Positions 25,379 to 38,348 are shown, numbered from the stretch's first letter. The stretch is 64,000 nucleotides of DNA from Candidatus Krumholzibacteriota bacterium (GCA_963727455.1 CAVSGG010000006.1:1-64000), one strand, 5' to 3'. The notes: generated by a model not told the origin, from the letters alone. Numbers and translations are program-made.

Positions 25379-26999
25379 CTAGACCTTCCGGCTCCGGTAC
25401 ATCGTATCTGTCAGTGTGGTCACTACTTTCTTTTCCTGGGGATCGGAGAGGCCGAGGATTTCCTGCAGAGCCAGACCGATGTGCGGGATGTACTTCTCGA
25501 TGTAGGCCCGCTTCTTGGCCGCATCGCGCTCTCGCTGACCGCGCCGGATGTGACGCGCCAATTTGCGGCCGATTTCCTGCAGAGCCAGGCGCAGCTCCTT
25601 GCCGATCTCGTCGTAACTCGCGATGGCCTCCTTGCTCTCGCTCGTGAACGGTACCCACACGCTGGCGAGGTGCACCATGAGCAGCATGGGCGCAGTGGGA
25701 AGCGCGCCGCGGCTCTGCGATAGCCCATAGGATTTCCAGCGGGTGGAGACCACGCTCTTGGTGATCACGCAGGCCCCGGCTTGATACTGTAGGGGAACCC
25801 GATTCGCGTAGCGCAGCAGCGAGATGAGCTCGTCTCCCTCGAGCTGTCCGCCGTAGGCCACTCCCACTTCCACCTGGAAGGGATTGCCGCGATAGACCGA
25901 GGGGCTGCGCGTCACCGCGTCGTAGTAATTGGCTTCGATCTGCGTGCGCAGGCTCGCCACCATCCGCTCTTCGCCAATGGGGGAGAGGCAGTCCACCGAG
26001 GGCGCGGGAATCTTCGTCTTGCGGATGCCCTCGATGAGCTTTTCCGCTTTGTCGGTGGAGACGCGCCGCGGTGAGGTGGTGGGCTGCAGGCCCGTGGGCT
26101 CGATGATCGAGAGCGCGGTCTTGGGTCCCACGCGCGAGAATTCGCTCTGGAAGAAGCCCTTGAGCTGCCGACTCTTGGTGTCCTTCAGCATACGCATGAG
26201 CATGCCGACTTCCACCCCGTAGGGGTGCGGCTTGATCTCGAGCGCCTCGTCGGGAAGCTTGTTGCTGGCGCGCTGGTACAGCTCGGGTTCGGTGGCGCCG
26301 GGCGCGAGGTAGCTGAGCGCGACGTGTGGATTGGCCAGAACGGTTTGTTGCAGGTAGGCGTCCACTCCGTGGCGCCCCTTCTTGTAGATGCCCTCGAGCT
26401 CGATCTCCACGCGCGTGCCCCGTGGCTTGTCCTGCCAATCCACCTCCCTCTCCTTCTTGATGATCGGCTCGTTCTTGAGCATGTCGATCACCAGCTCGTA
26501 GCGATGCGCCTTCGTGCGGCGAGAAGTCCGGCTTTCCACCACGATCGGACGCCCCGTCGTGAGTTGTCCGTACATACCGGCGGCCGAGATTCCAATTCCC
26601 TGCTGTCCCCGGCTCTGCCTGAGGCGATGGAATTTTGAACCGTAGAGGAGCTTGCCGAAGATGCGCGGGACCTGCGCCTTCACGATTCCCTTGTCTGTTG
26701 TCCTCGATGATCACCCGGTAGCGATTTTCTCCGGCGGGGAGGATTTCCACCCGTAACTCGGGGAGCACGCCGGCTTCTTCGCAGGCGTCCAGAGAGTTGT
26801 CGACCGCTTCCTTGATCGTGGTGAGCAGCGCTTTGGTCGGTGAATCGAAGCCCAGCAGATGGCGATTCTTGGTGAAGAATTCGCTCACCGAGATCTCGCG
26901 CTGCTGGCTGGCCATGCTCTCCGCGGTGGCGACGGTTCGCGGCGCCTTTGCTCCGCGCGCTTTGCTCACCCTGGTTTTTGTCTTCGTTCGTCTTGCCAT
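25379..26999 (-). CDS. top6B: DNA topoisomerase VI subunit B (GHKL ATPase); frameshift near 26693
   Basis: [70 protein letters not shown]. Confidence 0.92.
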
Positions 27000-27059
27000 C
27001 CGTTCGCCTCTTGCAATGCATGGAGCCTGTATTTCGAGTCCGTCCCGGGACATCGCCGC

Positions 27060-27088
27060 ATCCTAGACCTAGATGGCACTTCTGTCAC
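27060..27088 (-). promoter_or_regulatory. Putative sigma70 promoter of the top6B-elbB-top6A operon
   Basis: GTGACA-N17-TAGGAT on the minus strand, about 60 nt upstream of the top6B ATG. Confidence 0.45.
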
Positions 27089-27167
27089 GGTCGCGCAAGC
27101 AGACGAACGCAGCGCTCTGCTCACGCGCTTCGCAAAAGTCGCAAACGGGACAAATTGTTCAGGGGTT

Positions 27168-28317
27168 TCAGTGCAGTTGCACGCTGGCGAGAAGCTCTCC
27201 CACCCGGGTTGCCGCCGGGGAACTCTGAGAGGGCGACCATTCGTACCAGAGGGTGATGTGTTGCAGGCCGCGCGCCGCGGTGACGATACGAACTTCGCGC
27301 TTGCTGCCGCGGTAGCTTCCCGCGGCGCTCAGCGACCAGGCGGAGAGTTCACCAAGGGTGGAGGCGCTGCTGCCGGTCTGCTGCAGATTCCATCCCTTTT
27401 GGCGCGCGTCGTTCAAAACCTTCTTTGAAGTCCGGTTGCTCCAGGCGTTGGGGCTTCGAGGCGCGATCCGCAGGTCCATCAGCGCGTTCTCGGTGAGATG
27501 CGTGGCGGCGAAGAGTTCGTCTCCCGGTGGGCTGCAGAAATTCCCAGCCCGGCGAGGGCATTTCCAGGTGGAGACCGTAATGCGGATTGTCGTAGAAGGG
27601 TTCGACCGCCACCGCGTTCTGGCGTTGCAGGTGCAGACTGTCCCGCCACTGCAGCGCCACCCACTGCCCCAATCCCGTGAAGACGAGAGTCAGAGCGCAG
27701 GTGATCAGCAGCGAGCGCCTCAGCCAGGGGGGTGTCGTATCTTCCGGAAGCCGCGACAGTGTTCTCTTGTCTCCGTAGGCCACCATGTAGGCGTGAACCG
27801 CGGAGGCCACCAGAACTAGTTCTCCCAGGATTGCCAGTTTCGGTGCCATGAGAGCCAGGGCGAAATGGAACAGAAATGCGGCTCCGCCGGCGCCCAGAGC
27901 CCATACGCGCATGCCCAGCATCTCGTAGCCCGCGCCGTAGCCCACCAGGTTCCAGAAGGCGACTCTGCGCGGTGATTCCGGATACTGGGCGCTGCGACCG
28001 TCGGCCATCTCGTAGCGCAGCAAGGCCGCGTCGGCCACGGCATACAGGTAGAGCGCGCCGCTCGAGCGAAGCCCAATCCAGCAGATCAGCGGCCAACCCA
28101 TCGCGAAGCCCAGAGAAAGCAGGATTTGCGCGAAGAGAGACAGGAGCAGGATCGCCACGCCCTCTCGCACTTTGCGCAGGAGGATGTGGCCCGCTCCGGG
28201 CACCAGGGCCGCGGCCACCAGAATCAACCACAGCGGTCTCTGGGGTCGTCGCCGGGGCACGACCGGGGGCGGCTGTGGCTCCAAAGGCTTGTCAGAAAAC
28301 AAGTTGAGCGAATCCAT
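27168..28317 (-). CDS. Hypothetical membrane protein with C-terminal soluble domain (frameshift near 27525)
   Basis: Repeated 'PGAGH/GYGAGY' TM motifs and about six TM segments. A single shift joins the 322-aa ORF to the 103-aa downstream ORF. Confidence 0.6.
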
Positions 28318-28432
28318 CGGGCGGACGATCCTCTCCAGCGAGCGGCTTGGGCGGCTTCCACCTTCTCACGGCGGACGCGCGCGGGACTCTCCAAGGGGCT
28401 CGAGAGGGAAGATTCGTGCCGACTTCGCGCCC

Positions 28433-29630
28433 TCAGGCGCGTTCCAGCAGGGCGACCGTTTCCACGTGATAGGTGTGGGGAAAGAGGTCGACGGGCACCG
28501 CGCGCTTGAGAGCGTAGCCGGCCGCGCGCAGAGACTTGAGGTCGCGGGCCAAGGAGGCCGGGTCGCAGCTCACCAGAGCCAGGCGCCGCGGCCGCATGGC
28601 GGCCAGCTTCACCACGTTCTCCTCGCCAAGCCCTTCGCGGGGCGGATCGGCCACGGCCAAATCCACCGCGGAGGGAAGCTGTTCCGCCGCGCGCGTGATG
28701 TCCACGCCCACGATGTGGACCGGCAGACCCTTTACCAGGTGGCGCAGGTCGCGCAGCGCGGCCCGGTTGCGCTCCACCGCGTACACGCGGGCGCTCTTGC
28801 GGGCCAGAGGAAGGGTGAAGAGACCGACGCCCGCGTAGGCGTCGAGCACTTGGTCCTCCGCAGAGGGATCGAGCATCTCCATGATGAGATCCACCAGGAC
28901 TTCCGCCCCGTCGGTGTTGACCTGGAAGAAGGACTTCGAGGAGATCCGGTAACGTTCGGTGTGCACCATCTCGGTGATTTCACCCTGTCCCGGACCGCGC
29001 AGGGGAACTCCGCGCGCCGCCGCTTCCTCCACCGGAGCGGGTATCGACTTCCCCGGTAGCCATGATCAGGCGCTGTCCCGTGCGCACGCCCGCGCGCAGC
29101 TCGAGGCGGCGCAACCCGGGCAAGAGGGGCAGGGCTTCGTGGCTCTCGCGCAAGAGGGGGTGGAGGAGCAGACAGCGATCGATGGCGACGAGTTCCTCGC
29201 GATCGCGCGCGGTGATAGGCGGTGTGTCCTTCGGCATCGACCGCGAAGATCGCGTGGTTACGATATCCGAAACCGTCGGCTTCCCCGCTGGCCCGGGTCT
29301 CCTCCACGCTCGCGGACTCCATGCCCCCGAGGTGTTCGATCTGACCCTCGACGACCTCCCGCTTCAGGCCGCGCTGCCGTGCCAGAGAAATGTGTTGCCA
29401 CTGGCAACCGCCACACTCTCCGAAGTAGGGGCAGGGCGCTTCCACGCGATCTTCACTTTTTTCGAGAACTTCGACGAGCTCTCCGCGCGCCCAGCGTTTG
29501 CGCTCGTTGAGCAGACGGATCCGCACCTTCTCGCCGGGATTCCCCCGGCCACGAAGACCGCGCGGCCGTCGTCCAGTCGCCCCACCGCCTCGCCACCATG
29601 GGCCATGCCATGGAGGGATACCTCCACCAA
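28433..29630 (-). CDS. rlmD: 23S rRNA (uracil-5-)-methyltransferase, RlmD/TrmA family; frameshifts near 29540, 29200 and 29035
   Basis: TRAM domain (HGGEAVG, PGEKV), CPYFGECGGCQWQH Fe-S motif, YRN, SFFQVN, DAYAGVG, DPPREG, VSCDP, DLFPHTYHVE. Confidence 0.85.
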
Positions 29631-29675
29631 ATTCTCCGACTGCGTACGGAACCGTTCCTTGAAACGATGAATCGT

Positions 29676-30569
29676 CTATCGCGTCCAGAGGGCCCTGGAC
29701 GCTTTCGTGGGCCTCGCGATAGAGCTGGAAGAGATAGTCCAGAATGGCGCTCTTGCCCACGGGTAGTCGAGGACGCAGCGCGTCCACCCTCTTGCCTGCT
29801 CTATCGCCGGCGGATTCGGCTTCCTCGAGCATGCGCTGGACCACCGGGCGCACCCGGTCATCCTGCCTCAGGATGGCCTCGGAGAAAGCGGAACGCGAGA
29901 ATCCAAATTCTTCCAGCAAGTCAGCGGGCAGAGTGAGGAGTTGCGCGCTCGAGGCTGAATCCTGGCGCAAGTCGCGCACGATGTGCGTGAAGTAGCAGAA
30001 GTGCGCCAGATCGCGCGCTTCCTCCATCACGTCGATTTCGCCGGAGAGGACGAGACGCCCGGGTTCCTCCTCGCGCGCCGCCAGCAAGTAGAGGAAGACC
30101 GCTCCCGGAGCCACCGCGGCGCCCTCGCAATAGTCGAGGAGTTCGTCCCAGCTCGCGAGTTCCTCTTCCAACACGTCGCGCCGCAGGCTCTTCGCCAGCC
30201 GCAGGAAGGGCCCCTCTTCGAGATCGCTTTGGCCGAGACAGTGGTTGAGGGCGGTAAAGACCAGGGGCTCGAAGTCGTCATCCTTCGCCCGGTAATCCTG
30301 CGCGCGCCGCGGTCTTCACCTGGGCCTCCCACTGACTCACCCGATCGAGAACGCGCTGGCGGTTTTGTTCACGCTCCTTGGGTGCGGGCTGCAGGCAACT
30401 CCTTGTCGACCGTGTTGTCCAGAGTTCGCATGCAGGCGTAGGAGCTGAGGAAGAAATCGTAGCGCGTACTCTCCTCGAGTCGTTGTGCGGCATGGTGGAG
30501 ATGATTGGGAGAACGGACCGTCAGCTCTTTGCAGCGTGCAAGGGGGGGAGTGAGAAGGGTGGGATCCAT
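29676..30569 (-). CDS. Squalene/phytoene synthase family protein; several frameshifts
   Basis: YACMRTLDNTVD (DDxxD-like), ELLDYCEGAAVAPG, HIVRDLRQD (NxxRDxxED-like) and LTLPADLL, spread over fragments. Confidence 0.65.
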
Positions 30570-30589
30570 GATCTCCGGCTTTTCTTCCT

Positions 30590-31299
30590 CTAACCGTCGT
30601 TGAAGCGAATGTTCGGCAAGTTGAGAGCCTTGCCCCAGCTTCGACTCACTCGTACCGCGATCTCAGCGGTGGCGACGACGTCGCGCAGGCAGTATTCGAC
30701 GATCTCGCGAATCCGGCCTTCCCGAGGGGGCGCGCTCACTTGTGCGCCCTTCACTTCGCCCTCTTTGGGACTCTTCACCCCCAGCGCCTGCGACCAGGCT
30801 TCGAGTCCGTAGGGCCGGGTGGCGCGAAATTGACTCAGCACCTCGGCCAGGTCCATGTGTTCGCGCATGGACGAAAAACGAGGGGGCATCAGGTTACGGC
30901 TCACCGCTAGCCCGTGGGTCAGAGTGCGTTGCATGAGGAACGGGATGTCGAAGCCGCGGCCATTGTAGTCCACGATACAGCCAAAGCTAGGCACCATTGC
31001 CCAGAACTCTTCGAGGATTTTCTTCTCGTCTCCCCCGACCAGGGTCACCTGCTCGACATGCGTCGTCTTCTCCAGGGATTCGATGGTGCCGTGGCGATCG
31101 TCGTAGAGCATCGCGGCACGCCCGGTTTCGGGGCTGTACATCCCGATCGTGACCACCGAGCCGCCCAGAGCGTAGAGCGCGAGCTTCTCGCGCCAGCTTC
31201 TACCTCTTTGCTCGCGTCTTTCAGCTTGTCCACCAGGGCGGGTGCGATCTCCTCATCGCTCAGGGAACAAGTCTCGATGTCGATGACACAACTGGCCAT
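30590..31299 (-). CDS. DnaQ/PolB-like 3'-5' exonuclease (RNase H-like fold); frameshift(s) at about 31160-31190
   Basis: ExoI DIET, ExoII YNGRGFDIPF, ExoIII YCLRDV. Confidence 0.8.
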
Positions 31300-31306
31300 G
31301 GAATGC

Positions 31307-32335
31307 TCAGGGTTGAGGTTTGGGTGCGTGGAATTTGGGGTTGTTGGGCAAATTCTGCAGCCATTCCATGAACAACGCCGCGACTTCGTCGGCCTTCGAG
31401 CCCGCCATGGGAAGATTGCTCAGACCGGCCGGACCTTCTTTGCTCAGATCCATCTCCTCGATCGAGGCGCCGTTTTCGCTGAGCCAGGACTTGACTGCTT
31501 CGCGATGCGCATCCATTTCTGGCGTGGGATGCGATCCGCGTACCAAGAGTACGGGCCACTCGGCGATGTTCTTGGGATTCTTGATTTCCATTCAGGTTTG
31601 AAGCCCGGTGAGCACCGTGGCCCAATAGGGAGGAGCGTTGTGATCGTACTTCTCCATGAGCGCGCGAAATCCTGCCTCTCCCAGGTCCGAATCCGGGTAC
31701 AGTTCTCCATAGCGCGGACCCAAACCCCATTTCACCCATAAATGTTGTTCGAGACTGTCGTCCCAGGACGCAACCTGTTCGGGCGAATCGCTGATCTTCG
31801 GCTGGATCCCCTTGGTTCCAATGGGGTCGACCAGGATGGCGGCCGGAATGGCGTCGGGAGTGGTGGAGCGCAACTTGATGCAAAAGGCCGCGCCCAGCCC
31901 CTGGGCGTAGATGGCGCGCGGTTGGGTGGCGGTACCCAACTTGTAGGTTGCGGCCACGGCGTCCTCGGTCAGTTTGACGATGTCGGGATTGGCTGGCGGT
32001 TGTGCGAGTTCGGTCCCGGGGAGATCGGCCGTGAATACGTTCCAGTGACGATCCGCGAACCAGTAGGCCCAACCGGGCTGTCCATCGACCGTGTTGAAGA
32101 AGATAGTGGAGTTCAAGTTTTCCGGCGGAAGGAGAGAGAGTCGGCGCCCTTCCGCCAGGCCCCAGAAGAACCCGGTCAGGTGCATGGAGTAGCCATCACC
32201 CGTATCGAATTCCCAAATCTTGTAGTCCTTGTCCTTCACCTCTCTGCTGTAGTCTATGGCCATGCTCGCGGACGCGAGGCAGCAGAGTAGCGCGCCGGCG
32301 AGAACGCCGATCCAGGCAATGCGTGCTCGGGACAT
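31307..32335 (-). CDS. Secreted hypothetical protein with alpha/beta-hydrolase-like pattern, interrupted by an in-frame TGA at 31592-31594
   Basis: Signal peptide; PGWAYWF, ADLPG, YAQGLGA, ILVDP, PVLLVRG. The downstream 94-aa ORF is in the same frame directly after the TGA. Confidence 0.55.
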
Positions 32336-32569
32336 CGATCGGTCTCCTCGAAGCTCGGATTCTTCAATCCCCGTGAGAATGGATGATTCTGGAGCCACAG
32401 TCTAAGCCCTGGAGCCGGTCGCGGCGAGCGGGAATGGCCGATTCGCGGCGTCGCGAGGCCAAGGCCGCACAAAAGTGGGATAGGCGGGAATAGAGCGACC
32501 CCCGTGAGGGTAGATTGAAACAGAGGGCGCAGCGAGCGCACCCGCCGAAAATCCAACCAGGGAGCTGAG

Positions 32570-35500
32570 ATGAACGCCAATGCCAGCCGAAGACCTCGAC
32601 GAAGCTTCTGGGACTGATTCTGCTGCTGGGCGCAGTGGCTCTGCTCGGCGCAAAAAGTCCGTCGGCGGACTCGCGGCAGTCCAGCTCCGGCCGCTCTTCC
32701 ATGAACTTGGCGGCGGCGAACACGCGCGCCGCGCAGTCCGCGGCGAAGTCGCCCGCCGATCTCTATGACGAGGGTCGTGCGAGCTTTGGCGAACAGCGTT
32801 ATCGAGCTGCTCTCGATGCTTTCGAGACCCTGCGTAAGAATGCGCCCGACTGGCGCCCGCGCGAAAGTGAATCGTGGCGTCTGTCGGCCGCTCTGCGATG
32901 GGCGCAGGAAAGTTTGGAGCATGGGGATCTCGATACGCTCGTACTCGAGGCGAAATTGTTTTTGAAGAGCGAAGAAATGGATCGCCCCGGTGCGCGCGTC
33001 GCGGCCGAGATCGTGAGAATCCAGGGTCCCGACGCCGACGGCGGCCAGATTTTCGATGAGGCGGCCACGTACTGGGAGAGCCAGAAAGTCGAGCGCGGAG
33101 AACACGGCGGCTTACGCGGAATTGTTTCGTGCCGCGCTCGGGGAGCGCACTCGCTGGGTGAATCCGGAGCGCCGCTCCTTGCGCATGTGGCGCAACCTGT
33201 ACCGCGCGCCCGCGCCACGCGAAGTCCTCTTCTCGCTGGCGGAGACTCTGCTGAGCGGTCGTCCTCCCAGGCCCATCCCATACGCGGCGGAGCAAATGCC
33301 CGCCCTTTCCGAAGAACTCGATACGCGACAGGAGATCGCGCGCGAGGTCCTGAAACTATCTCCTGAGGATGTGCTGGCCGCGCGCTGTCATCTGGTGCTG
33401 GCCGTCGCGGAGGAGACGGTCGGGTACTTACGAAGAGGCCGCGCGCCAGGCCCAACGCGCCGTCGATTTGGGGGAGAACAAGACCGCTGATGCGATTACG
33501 GCTCGGGAAATCTTGCGCCGGCTGCTAACGCCCGCGCTGAGCATCGAGGGCTCCCAGTTGTACCGGCCCGGCTCCTACCACAGCCTGCACATAAAGTGGC
33601 GCAATCTGCGCAAGTGGCGGCTCGAGCTGCGCCGGGTCGATCCGCTGCAGGATTTGCTCCCCCTCGGCAAGTGGGATCCGCAGAGCAGTCCGGGATTCAC
33701 CGGGCCGCGCTACCGCGACGACGCCGGAACGGTGGTCTACGAACTGGAGCGTCAGGACGGTGCGGAGCTCGCCGCGCGCGAGGGCGCAGGCGAAGCGCAC
33801 GTTCCGCGCGATACCGCGCTCGCGCTCGCGCCCCTGAAGATTGGTCTGTACTGGGCCGTGCTGCGGGGTTCGGGCTTTGCCCCTTCGGTCTCGGCGAGCG
33901 CGGACACCGCGGGCAACGCGGACGAATGGAAACCCGATGTCTCGCATCTCTTGATTCAGGTCACCGATCTGGGGCTCTTGGCCGAACCGATGTCCAACGG
34001 AGAGACGGAGTTCTGGCTGACGAAAATGGACGGCAGCCCCTTGAACGGAAGTCCGGAGCTGCTGGTGCGCCGGTACTTCAGCATGCGGGGACGAGAACGG
34101 TCCTCCCAAGAATCCAAGCTTCAACTCGACGATGAAGGATTGGGCCGCATCAAGTCCCTGTCCAAGGATCACTATCAAGAGCAGATCATTGCGGTGGGGG
34201 AACTCCGCGGGCATCCCGTCGTGTTCAACGCGCCCGTCTATTCGCGGGGGCCATCGATCGAACAAACCCCGCAGTGGCGGGGGTTCATCCTCACAGATCG
34301 TCCGCTCTACCGGCCGGGCGAGACGGTGCACCTGCAGGCTCTGCTGCGGCGCGCGAATCTGCCCCAGCGCAAGTTGGAATTGCCCAAACCACGGCAAGTC
34401 GAGCTGGTGGTGCGCGCGCCCGACGGCAGCGAGATCCTGCACGAAAACGAGACCCTCGATGCAAACGGCGCGCTGGAGACGGTCTTTCCTCTGTCTTCGC
34501 GCCCCCCGTTGGGAGCCTATTCGGTCCAAGTACGCTCGGGAGGGACGGGGCTCTGCTACGGGTCTTTCCAGGTCGACGAATACCGTTTGCCCGAATTTCG
34601 CGTGCAAGTGCAGCTCGATCAGGAGCAGCGCTACGTTCTGGGCGATTCTCTCCACGTGAAGGTGTCGGCCGAATATCTCTTCGGCGGAGCGGTGCAGGGC
34701 AGCGCCGAAGTCGTTGTGCGCCGAAGCCCCTACCTCGGAGGCTGGCGACCGACGCCCTTCTACGTCTTGGGATTCCGTAGGGATCGCACACTGCAGCCCT
34801 GGCCTGGCTACGCTGGCGGACAGGAAGTCCTTCGGCAGACGCTCATCCTGAACGAGAAGGGCGAGGCGGAGTTGATTCTTCCCACCGAGGCGCCGGCCGA
34901 TACGCCCAACGGCCGCTTCGAGTATTCCGTGGAAGCGCGAGTCACCGACGCCAGTCGCCGAGAAGAGTCGACGACATCAGAGGTGCGTGTGGGTGCGCAG
35001 GAGGTGTACGCCTCCCTGGCGCCGAAGCTCTACGTCGTGGCGCCCGGCGATTCAGCTCGCGTTCGCGTGCACGTGGAAGACCTCATGGGCCGTCCGGCCG
35101 CGATCGAAGGAGCTTGCACTCTCTGGTTCGTCCGCAGCGACGGCACCCGCGAACAGATACAAGAGAGTGAGCTGAAGGTGGGGGACAGCGGAGAGGTCTG
35201 GTACGACTTCCAGTCCAAGAAGCCGGGTCGCTACGAAGTACATTTCAGTGCGCAGGATACGCGCGGAAACGCGGTGGAAGCGGAGACCACGGTGTACTGC
35301 GCCGATCCGCGCGAGAAGCTGCTGGTGGGTGGGGGCACGGGCATCACCCTCATCGCCCAGGAAGACGCGTTCCTGGGGGATGTCGCGCGCGTCTTGCTCG
35401 TGAGCGAGCGTCCTGATGTCTCGGTCCACCTTACCCAGAGCTTCGGAACCGAGATCAAGACCCAGGTTCTGAAGTTGCGCGGGACCGCGCGCCTGCTGGA

Positions 35501-38306
35501 GATCCCTCTCGATGCCGCACACCGGCCGTATTTCTTTCTTCGAGCGATCACCGCGTGGGACTATCGCTTCCAGGAAGCTCAATTGCGCGTGGAAGCTCCC
35601 GCACCCGAACGGTTCTTGAAGCTGAAGCTCGACTTTGCCTCCGACGACTACCGTCCCGGCGACACCGCGAAGCTCCTCGTGAAGGCGACCGACCTCGAAG
35701 GCAGGCCGGTGCGGACGAGCTTCACGGTGGCGGTGGTGGACGACGCGATCCTGCAGCTCCGTCCGCGACCCGAGTTGGAGTTGGGCCCCATTCTGCAGAA
35801 TTTCCCGGTACTCACCCTGCGGCCCTCGACGCTCTCGCCTCAGTCCTACGGTTCGTTCCGCGAGTTCGCGGACGAGGACGACGCGATCGAACCCTTCGCA
35901 CGTTCCCCGCGGAGCCCGAGTTCCGAGGGCTTCGCCGTGGCAGGCTCGGCGATCATGCGATCGGGCCGGGCCGCCCAGGGCGTCGATCTGGCGGAGGCTC
36001 TTCCGGACAGTTGGGGCATGGCCAAGGACGCCGCGGCCGAGATGCCCAAACAGCCGCCCCTGTTCGTGCCCACGTCCACTCCCGCGCAGGCTCCCATCGA
36101 ATTGCGCCAGGATTTCCGCAGCACCGCGCTGTGGCGCACCATGGTGACGACCGACGAGGACGGCACCGCCCAACTCGAGGTCTCGCTGCCGGACAACCTC
36201 ACCACCTGGAACGCGTGGGCGCTCGCGCTGGACTCCGAGAACCGCGGCGGTCAGGCCGAGACCGAAACTCACACCCACAAAGAAGTGATGGTGCGTCTGA
36301 ACCACCCGCGGATCTTCCGCGAGGGCGATCGCTTTCACTTCACGGCCACGGTGCACAACGAAAGTGCGACTTCGATCGACGCGCGCCTGCAACTGAAGGC
36401 GGAGGGCCTGGAATTGCAGCAAGAGGATGCACAGGTCCACGTGCCCGCCGATGGGCAGGCCAGCGTCGATCTGGTGGCCACGGTGCCCAAGGACGCAGCC
36501 GGGCTCAGCCTGAGCCGTGACGACGAGAGCGGGAGTATCGTGGTCAGCCCGCGCCGGGTGAAGGTGACGATCGAAGCTCGCAGCGAGCAGGGATCGGATG
36601 CCTTCGTGCGCACCGTCGAAGTCTATCCCTGGGGCACGCCCTTGCGCGTGGTCACGGACGGCGAGCTAGGCAAGGGGAGCGAGCATGAGACCCTGGCCCT
36701 GAACCTGCCGACGCAACGCCGCGACGAATTGAGCCGCGCGGTGCTCACGGTTTCCCCCAGCGTGCTCGCGGCCTGCGTCGATGCCCTGCCCTATTTGGCC
36801 GACTACCCCTACGGCTGCACCGAGCAGACTCTCTCGCGTTTCGTGCCCGCTCTGGCGGTGCGCGCCGCGGCCCGAGAGCTCGGCGTGAAGAGTTCGCGCT
36901 TCGACCCCAAGCTCGACGAGAAGATCAGAGAGGGCCTGGCCCGCATCGCGAGCATGCAGCACTCCGACGGAGGTTGGGGATGGTGGTCGCAGGATGAGAG
37001 CCAGCCCTATCTGACGTCCTACGCACTCCTGGCCCTCGCGCAGGCTGAGGAAGGCGGCCAAGACGTGAACGCGAGCATGCTGCGGCGCGGGCGCGATCGT
37101 CTGCGTCAATTGCTGCCCTCACTGGAGAACAACCCGGACGATCTCAGCTACGCGCTGTACGCGCTGGCCGAGGTCGATGGGGCGGGGGCCGACTCGGGTT
37201 CGCAAGGCAAGGGCTTGAACGAAGACGAGACGATGGCGCGCCTGGCGCAAGGTCTCTTCAAGGAGCGCGATTCGCTACGCGACTACGCGCGCGCCCTGCT
37301 CGCCTCCTATCTGCAGCGCAGCGGACACCACGAACAGGCACTCCTGATGCTGGCAAAACTGCAAGAGGATGCACAGCAGGATAAGAAGTACGGCACCGCG
37401 CATTGGGGAAAGAGGCACGGCTATTGGTGGCGCGGCGACGGAGCGGTCGAGGCCACCTCCTTCGCCCTGCAGGCCCTGCTCGAGCTCGCTCCCGACGATC
37501 CTCTCACCCGCGCGTCCGCGCGCTGGCTCGTGGCGAATCGCGAGGGCGAGCGTTGGGACAGCACGCGCGCCTCGGCGCATGCCATCTTCGCGCTGTGCGC
37601 CTTCGCGCGGGCTCGGGGTGAGACCAATCCCTCCTTCACCCTCAGCGCCCAGGTGGGGCAGCAGGAAGTGTTGCGCATCGCGGTCACACGCGAGAACCTG
37701 CTCGACGCGGGCGGCTCGTGGCCGATCGATGTGGCGGCCCTCGCGCGTGCCAAGGGACGCGTCGATCTCGCACTCGAGGGAAGTGGAAGCGCCTACGCCA
37801 GCCTCTCCTTCGACACCTGGACCGCACAGGAGCGTCCGCGCAGCACCGAGAACTGGCTGAGCGTGAAGCGCGAGTATGCGCGACTGGTTCCAGAGCGCAC
37901 CTTGGGGGGCAGCGTGATTTTGCGCGAGGAAGCGTTGAAGGACGGCGCCGAGGTGGCGAGCGGCGAGCGCATTCGCGTGCACCTGAAGTTGAATGCGCAT
38001 CGCGAGCTGGACTATGTGGCGCTGGAGGATCCGCGTCCCGCCGGCTGCGAAGCGGTAGAGCGTCTGAGCGGCTGGTTCACGGGCGGCGGCCTCTCGGGCA
38101 GGCGCGAGCTGCGCGACGAGGGCAACGTCTTCTTCTTTGGCCATTTGAGCGAGGGGGAGCACGAATTCAGCTACGATTTGCGCGCGGAGAGTCCGGGAAG
38201 CTTCAGGGTGCCCGTGGCGCGGATCTTCGGCATGTATCTGCCGGACCTGAGTGGCAGCTCACAGAGCTTTCACCTGGGAATCAGCGCTGCGGCGCCACCG
38301 CGCTGA
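32570..38306 (+). CDS. Bacterial alpha-2-macroglobulin family protein; frameshifts near 32600, 33095 and 33425
   Basis: TDRPLYRPGETV (MG2), EYRLPEF, LPDNLTTW, thioester motif YPYGCTEQ, DGGWGWW, WDSTR, YDLRAESPG; N-terminal hydrophobic signal. Confidence 0.9.
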
Positions 38307-38348
38307 TCCAGCACGGCGCCGTAGGAATTCCGCTCGCGGCCGGCGAAT

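Noticed and set aside
28732-30174. 480-aa apparent fusion of prenyl synthase and RlmD
   Set aside because: Artefact of frameshifts joining fragments of two adjacent genes.
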